A stretch of DNA of 29,017 nt from a virus. Taxonomy: Duplodnaviria > Caudoviricetes. Below are positions 25,326 to 29,017 of the stretch, piece by piece; the stretch's first letter is position 1, and each line of letters opens with the position of its first letter. The notes under the pieces are model-generated. The model was not told where the DNA came from. It saw nothing but the letters and a program-made list of their open reading frames with translations, and searched no databases. The translations under genes were made by a program, and so were the position numbers. Location: IMG/VR virus record IMGVR_UViG_3300044476_000097, positions 1 to 29,017 of that record. One strand, written 5' to 3'.

Positions 25326-25755
25326 GCTGTCCTCAGGGCCAGCGTTTACGATCAGGCCATATACGCCTGCGGATCGGGAGGCGGTTCTGGCCCTAAGAGA
25401 GAAGCATGACAAGACGCTTTGGTTTGCCGATCCAGACCATCCCATTAACTTCGAGTCGTATCTAATGGAAGTTGATGGACAGTTGGTTGCGATCATTACG
25501 GGTAGAATGACAATCGAGGGGTTCGTTATGGTTGACAACGGCTATGGCGAGCCCCAAACCCGGTTGGAAATCCTCGAAACAATGATAGACGCGGCGGCGA
25601 AACGTGCAGAAGAACTGAGGATTCCGGAGGTTCACATGGGCGTTATGCCGGAAAACAGAGCTTGGCTAAGAAGGCTTTTGAAAATGAAGGGAGTCTTCCG
25701 TGATTTCAGAAACCACGTAATCCTTGCCGCTGGCGGCAGACTAGAGGAGAACTGA
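25294..25755 (+). CDS. GNAT-fold acyltransferase-like protein (153 aa)
   Basis: FTIRPYTPADREAV (GNAT beta1-helix1), YLMEVDGQLVAI, and C-terminal V.PEN.AW.R.L.K..GVF pattern. GGAGG RBS before the TTG start. Confidence 0.7.
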   Translation: MRQSAANTSGKLSSGPAFTIRPYTPADREAVLALREKHDKTLWFADPDHPINFESYLMEVDGQLVAIITGRMTIEGFVMVDNGYGEPQTRLEILETMIDAAAKRAEELRIPEVHMGVMPENRAWLRRLLKMKGVFRDFRNHVILAAGGRLEEN

Positions 25756-28160
25756 TGGGCGTTAGTTTTGGGATGGGCGGTAGCCAGAAGGATCAGACTG
25801 GCAACACGTCCAATTATTTTCTAGGGGATGATCCTACCCACCAGTGGTCTCCGTCGCTGGACCTTGTCTACCGAATGGCGGAGATGGCCAACCAGTCCGG
25901 GGCCCAGTCTAACCTCCTCTTTGGTGGAGAGGGCTATGGCGGATCGTTTGAATCCGCTGAGCAGCGGGCAGCGCGCGAGGCTGGCTGGAATCACAACGCA
26001 AAGCCATATGGCGGCTGGGGCGGATACGGATCCGGTAATCCAGCACAAATGTGGGACCCAGCTACGGGGTCGTACGCGAATGGCTACAGTCCAAACAATT
26101 CCTACTATGGTGGGTCACCGGCGAGTCAGCCACCAAAGATTTCGGATGGCGGTCAGCTAACGAGTGTTCCGCCTGCTCCACCAAAGCCGGGCACCCCGGG
26201 TGGCGTACCCCTTCCGGGTCAACCCGGTGGCCCAGCAACTGGGCCCGCAAAGCCACCTAAGAAGGCACCATGGGATCCTGGTGGTGGATATACTATCGAT
26301 TCAGATAATCCCTACTTCAAGGCGGCTGCTAGCGCTGGCGGGGCCAATCCGGGCCCAACCGATCGCGTTAGTGCGGTCTATAGCCTACTACAGGGGGCTG
26401 GTGTTCCGACCGATCACCTAAACGCAGAAAATGTACGCGAAGCGTTGGGCCGTGGTATCGACCCGAATACACTAGCGAATCACTACTACGATCAGGTCAA
26501 GAGCTACTCAAAGGGAGCATCGCCACAGCAGCTATCCGAGGGTGCGTATAAGGCATGGACTCTCACGCATAGCAATGGAATGCTCGACAATGATGCATAC
26601 GATAGGCTAGCCAACGCCGGTCCATCGGCCTTTAATGCGCCGAGCCAAGCATTGGCCACGCGTGAAGAGATGAATGCCTATCACGGCAATTCTACTGCAT
26701 CACCGTTCATGCCAAATGGGATCCCGCAGAACACGGATCCAGCAAAGGCCGCTGCTGCTAGAAGTGAGTGGATGGCCGCGAAGAGGGGCGAGGCCAAGCC
26801 GGGTCCGCAGACGACGGCAACGCCTCCGCCAGCAACAGGCGCTGTACCGCCGCGGACTGCCACTCCGACTACTGGCAACCGCGCTGGCGTCAACCTCGAC
26901 GGTGGGATGTCATCGATGATGGCGACTGCCCCCGGCGGTAGCTACGGCAACAACGAAGAGGGCGACGGATCTACGGACGGCGAGAACCTCCCCACCAAGG
27001 AGCCTTCGAACCCAACCACGACACCTCCACCGCGGCGCAAGCTTCCGCCCAATAACCCATGGCCGACAGGTGGCCCGGGCGGAACATATGGCGGTGGCGG
27101 AACTACTCCAATGCCGGGATACGGTGGTGCTGGTGGGCGTGATGATGGCGGCGCTACCGATGGGTCAACCGAACCGACTGGTCCGCGTGGGCCAGTGAAT
27201 CAGGACAATAATCCAAACGGTCCGGGTGGCGGCGGCACACAGGGAGAGGCTGGGTATCCATACCCAATCTGGGGCAACTACCCATTGGATGGCAGCGGTA
27301 AGCCGGTTGACTTCTACTTCCAGCAGGGGTCAAACGATGGCATGACCCCCGACGCATGGTCAACCTCTGCTCCGTGGAGGCCGACAACCCCAACCGGTGG
27401 CCTGTACGGCGCGTACTCTGAGCTTGCTGGTGGAACCCTAACCCCGTACGAAAACCAGATTGGTGACGCGTGGCGTGGGCGGGCAATTGATCCTGTTGGC
27501 TGGGCCGATCAGGATTACATGAACCAGCTTGGTGAGTATCAGCATAGCCCCGGAAAGGGCATCGATGAGGCGTATAACGCCTACAATTCGATGATCAACT
27601 CACAGGGTTACTCACCGCAAGAGAAGGCCGCTATCGAAGCGTCGGCTGTCAAGGGTGCGAACCTTGGTTACCAGCGTAGCTCTGACGATATCAAGCGTCA
27701 GGCTGCTCGGACCGGGAACTCCAATTCGGCGTACGCTGCGCTAGCGAGTATGGGGACAAACTATGGCGCTGGTCTCGGCGATATGAACCGAGAGAATCAG
27801 ATTCGATTCGCCGATGAGACCCAGAAGCGTCACGAGACCGGCGCTAGCGGAATGACGAACGTTGCTGCGCTCGCCAACTCCAAGGCACAGTTTGGTCTCA
27901 ACCAGGGCTCTCAGTTCGCGAATGAACTAGCTCGTCGTCAGGAAACCGCGATCCGCGGCATGGGCGACTATGCATCGTTCGGACGCGGCCTACAGCAACA
28001 GGGCCTCGCTGGCCTTAACGATCTGTACAAGCAGCAGCAGGGCCAGACGCAGAACTGGTACAATCAGATCGCGAACCTACTCGGTCGTCAGGTTGGTACG
28101 CGTATGTATGGCGAGTCTTCCGGTGTTGGCGTCAACGGTGGCGTCACCGGTGGATCATAA
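25755..28160 (+). CDS. Internal virion / DNA ejection protein candidate with long Pro/Gly disordered tracts (801 aa)
   Basis: Follows the GNAT gene in the podovirus ejection-module position. The C-terminal ~200 aa are Gln/Asn/Ala/Gly-rich and helical, as in pilot/ejection proteins. Confidence 0.75.
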   Translation: MGVSFGMGGSQKDQTGNTSNYFLGDDPTHQWSPSLDLVYRMAEMANQSGAQSNLLFGGEGYGGSFESAEQRAAREAGWNHNAKPYGGWGGYGSGNPAQMWDPATGSYANGYSPNNSYYGGSPASQPPKISDGGQLTSVPPAPPKPGTPGGVPLPGQPGGPATGPAKPPKKAPWDPGGGYTIDSDNPYFKAAASAGGANPGPTDRVSAVYSLLQGAGVPTDHLNAENVREALGRGIDPNTLANHYYDQVKSYSKGASPQQLSEGAYKAWTLTHSNGMLDNDAYDRLANAGPSAFNAPSQALATREEMNAYHGNSTASPFMPNGIPQNTDPAKAAAARSEWMAAKRGEAKPGPQTTATPPPATGAVPPRTATPTTGNRAGVNLDGGMSSMMATAPGGSYGNNEEGDGSTDGENLPTKEPSNPTTTPPPRRKLPPNNPWPTGGPGGTYGGGGTTPMPGYGGAGGRDDGGATDGSTEPTGPRGPVNQDNNPNGPGGGGTQGEAGYPYPIWGNYPLDGSGKPVDFYFQQGSNDGMTPDAWSTSAPWRPTTPTGGLYGAYSELAGGTLTPYENQIGDAWRGRAIDPVGWADQDYMNQLGEYQHSPGKGIDEAYNAYNSMINSQGYSPQEKAAIEASAVKGANLGYQRSSDDIKRQAARTGNSNSAYAALASMGTNYGAGLGDMNRENQIRFADETQKRHETGASGMTNVAALANSKAQFGLNQGSQFANELARRQETAIRGMGDYASFGRGLQQQGLAGLNDLYKQQQGQTQNWYNQIANLLGRQVGTRMYGESSGVGVNGGVTGGS

Positions 28161-28172
28161 TAGGAGTTCACG

Positions 28173-29017
28173 ATGGCTGGAGTACCACAGGATTTCCTTC
28201 GGTTCATGGCTGAACTCGAAAGCGGCGATGACGTTATGGCTGGTCTCGGGCAGACAGGCGTCAGGGGTCGTAGTCTTACTGTCGGTGGTGGGGCCGGTTC
28301 ACGTACCGGCTCCCGTTCTGCCAGCGTCTCTGGATCCCAACAGGTAAGCCCGGCCTACCTCGGCCAGCAGGATGCGTCGATTGAGGCGAAAGATCCCGGG
28401 ACGTTGGCCCCCAGTGCCGCAGAAAAGTATCTTGCGTACAAGCAGGATCCGGAGTGGCAGCATTGGAATAAGATGCGCGGCGACGCCGTCAACTCGCTAA
28501 AGAGCGGCGGTGGTTTCTGGAACTGGGCAACGGGTGGTCGTCACGGTGCAGCGGTAAACAGCGAGATCGCTAATGCCGACTACATGGCGCGTCAGGTTGA
28601 GCAGCGTTATCTCAACGAGGCCTCTCTCTGGGCGTCTAATCAGGAACAGTTCACGGGGGAAGTCAAGAACGAGATCAACCCGGAGACCAACTCGTGGGAT
28701 CGCGTTACCTATGGTTCGCATGGAACGCGTCGTGTTCTCGGAGCGGCGCCGCAGGAAATGGAGCAGGGTCTCGATCAGTTCGGACGCCCCTATAACCGCG
28801 TCAAGCGTCCGATGGGCACGGCAATGGTTGTTGATCCGAAGTACGCTGGCCTCAAGGAAGATACCAGCACGCCACGCGAGAGCGATCCACTCGTCCCGGA
28901 AGATCTCGCCAACGAGATGAAGCTTGCTGCCGCCCGCCAAAACGGTATTGATCTCACTAGCGGCCAAGCCGAGGTTGGCCCCGGCATGGCTCCGCTTGTT
29001 GATAGCAAGTATACCAG
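28173..29017 (+). CDS. Probable internal virion / ejection protein, truncated by the window end (MAGVPQDFLRFMAELESG...), absent from the ORF track
   Basis: AGGAG RBS, ATG 28173, and a frame open to the window end on manual translation (281 codons). Confidence 0.8.
   Translation, partial: MAGVPQDFLRFMAELESGDDVMAGLGQTGVRGRSLTVGGGAGSRTGSRSASVSGSQQVSPAYLGQQDASIEAKDPGTLAPSAAEKYLAYKQDPEWQHWNKMRGDAVNSLKSGGGFWNWATGGRHGAAVNSEIANADYMARQVEQRYLNEASLWASNQEQFTGEVKNEINPETNSWDRVTYGSHGTRRVLGAAPQEMEQGLDQFGRPYNRVKRPMGTAMVVDPKYAGLKEDTSTPRESDPLVPEDLANEMKLAAARQNGIDLTSGQAEVGPGMAPLVDSKYT

Noticed and set aside
1605-29008. Numerous antisense and alternate-frame ORFs in the track (e.g. 1605-2228, 14395-15027, 28497-28967)
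   Set aside because: They are shadows of long, motif-bearing + strand genes in GC-rich DNA, with no independent RBS or motif support.
1-29017. Stop-codon reassignment (alternative genetic code)
   Set aside because: Genes tile the window under the standard code with no in-frame TAG or TGA interruptions.

Overview
This window is the packaging and morphogenesis arm of an uncultured-looking tailed dsDNA phage (Caudoviricetes) with podovirus-type architecture; no tape-measure or sheath gene is visible. Order on +: a small Cys/His protein, terminase large subunit (1933-3585), then an unusual ~6.6 kb block between terL and portal. That block holds a lipoprotein, signal-peptide proteins including an 841-aa repetitive fibre/adhesin-like protein, holin-like membrane proteins and an M15-like peptidase endolysin. 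Next come a P22-like portal with a Zn-ribbon insertion, scaffold, major capsid, two paralogous adaptor-ring proteins, nozzle, tail fibres and a Gly-rich adhesin. The window ends in an ejection-protein module with several Gly/Pro/Tyr low-complexity proteins and a GNAT-like protein; the last ORF is truncated. The first 1.5 kb is mostly non-coding: a leftward promoter with a hairpin plus boxA-like element, a GGGTCCCC/A-tract repeat region, back-to-back divergent sigma70-type promoters, and a ~600-nt promoter-bounded region (~861-1450) with many nested long-range helices. That region is the best candidate for an undescribed large structured ncRNA. All calls come from reading motifs and gene order by eye; no database searches or folding programs were run.
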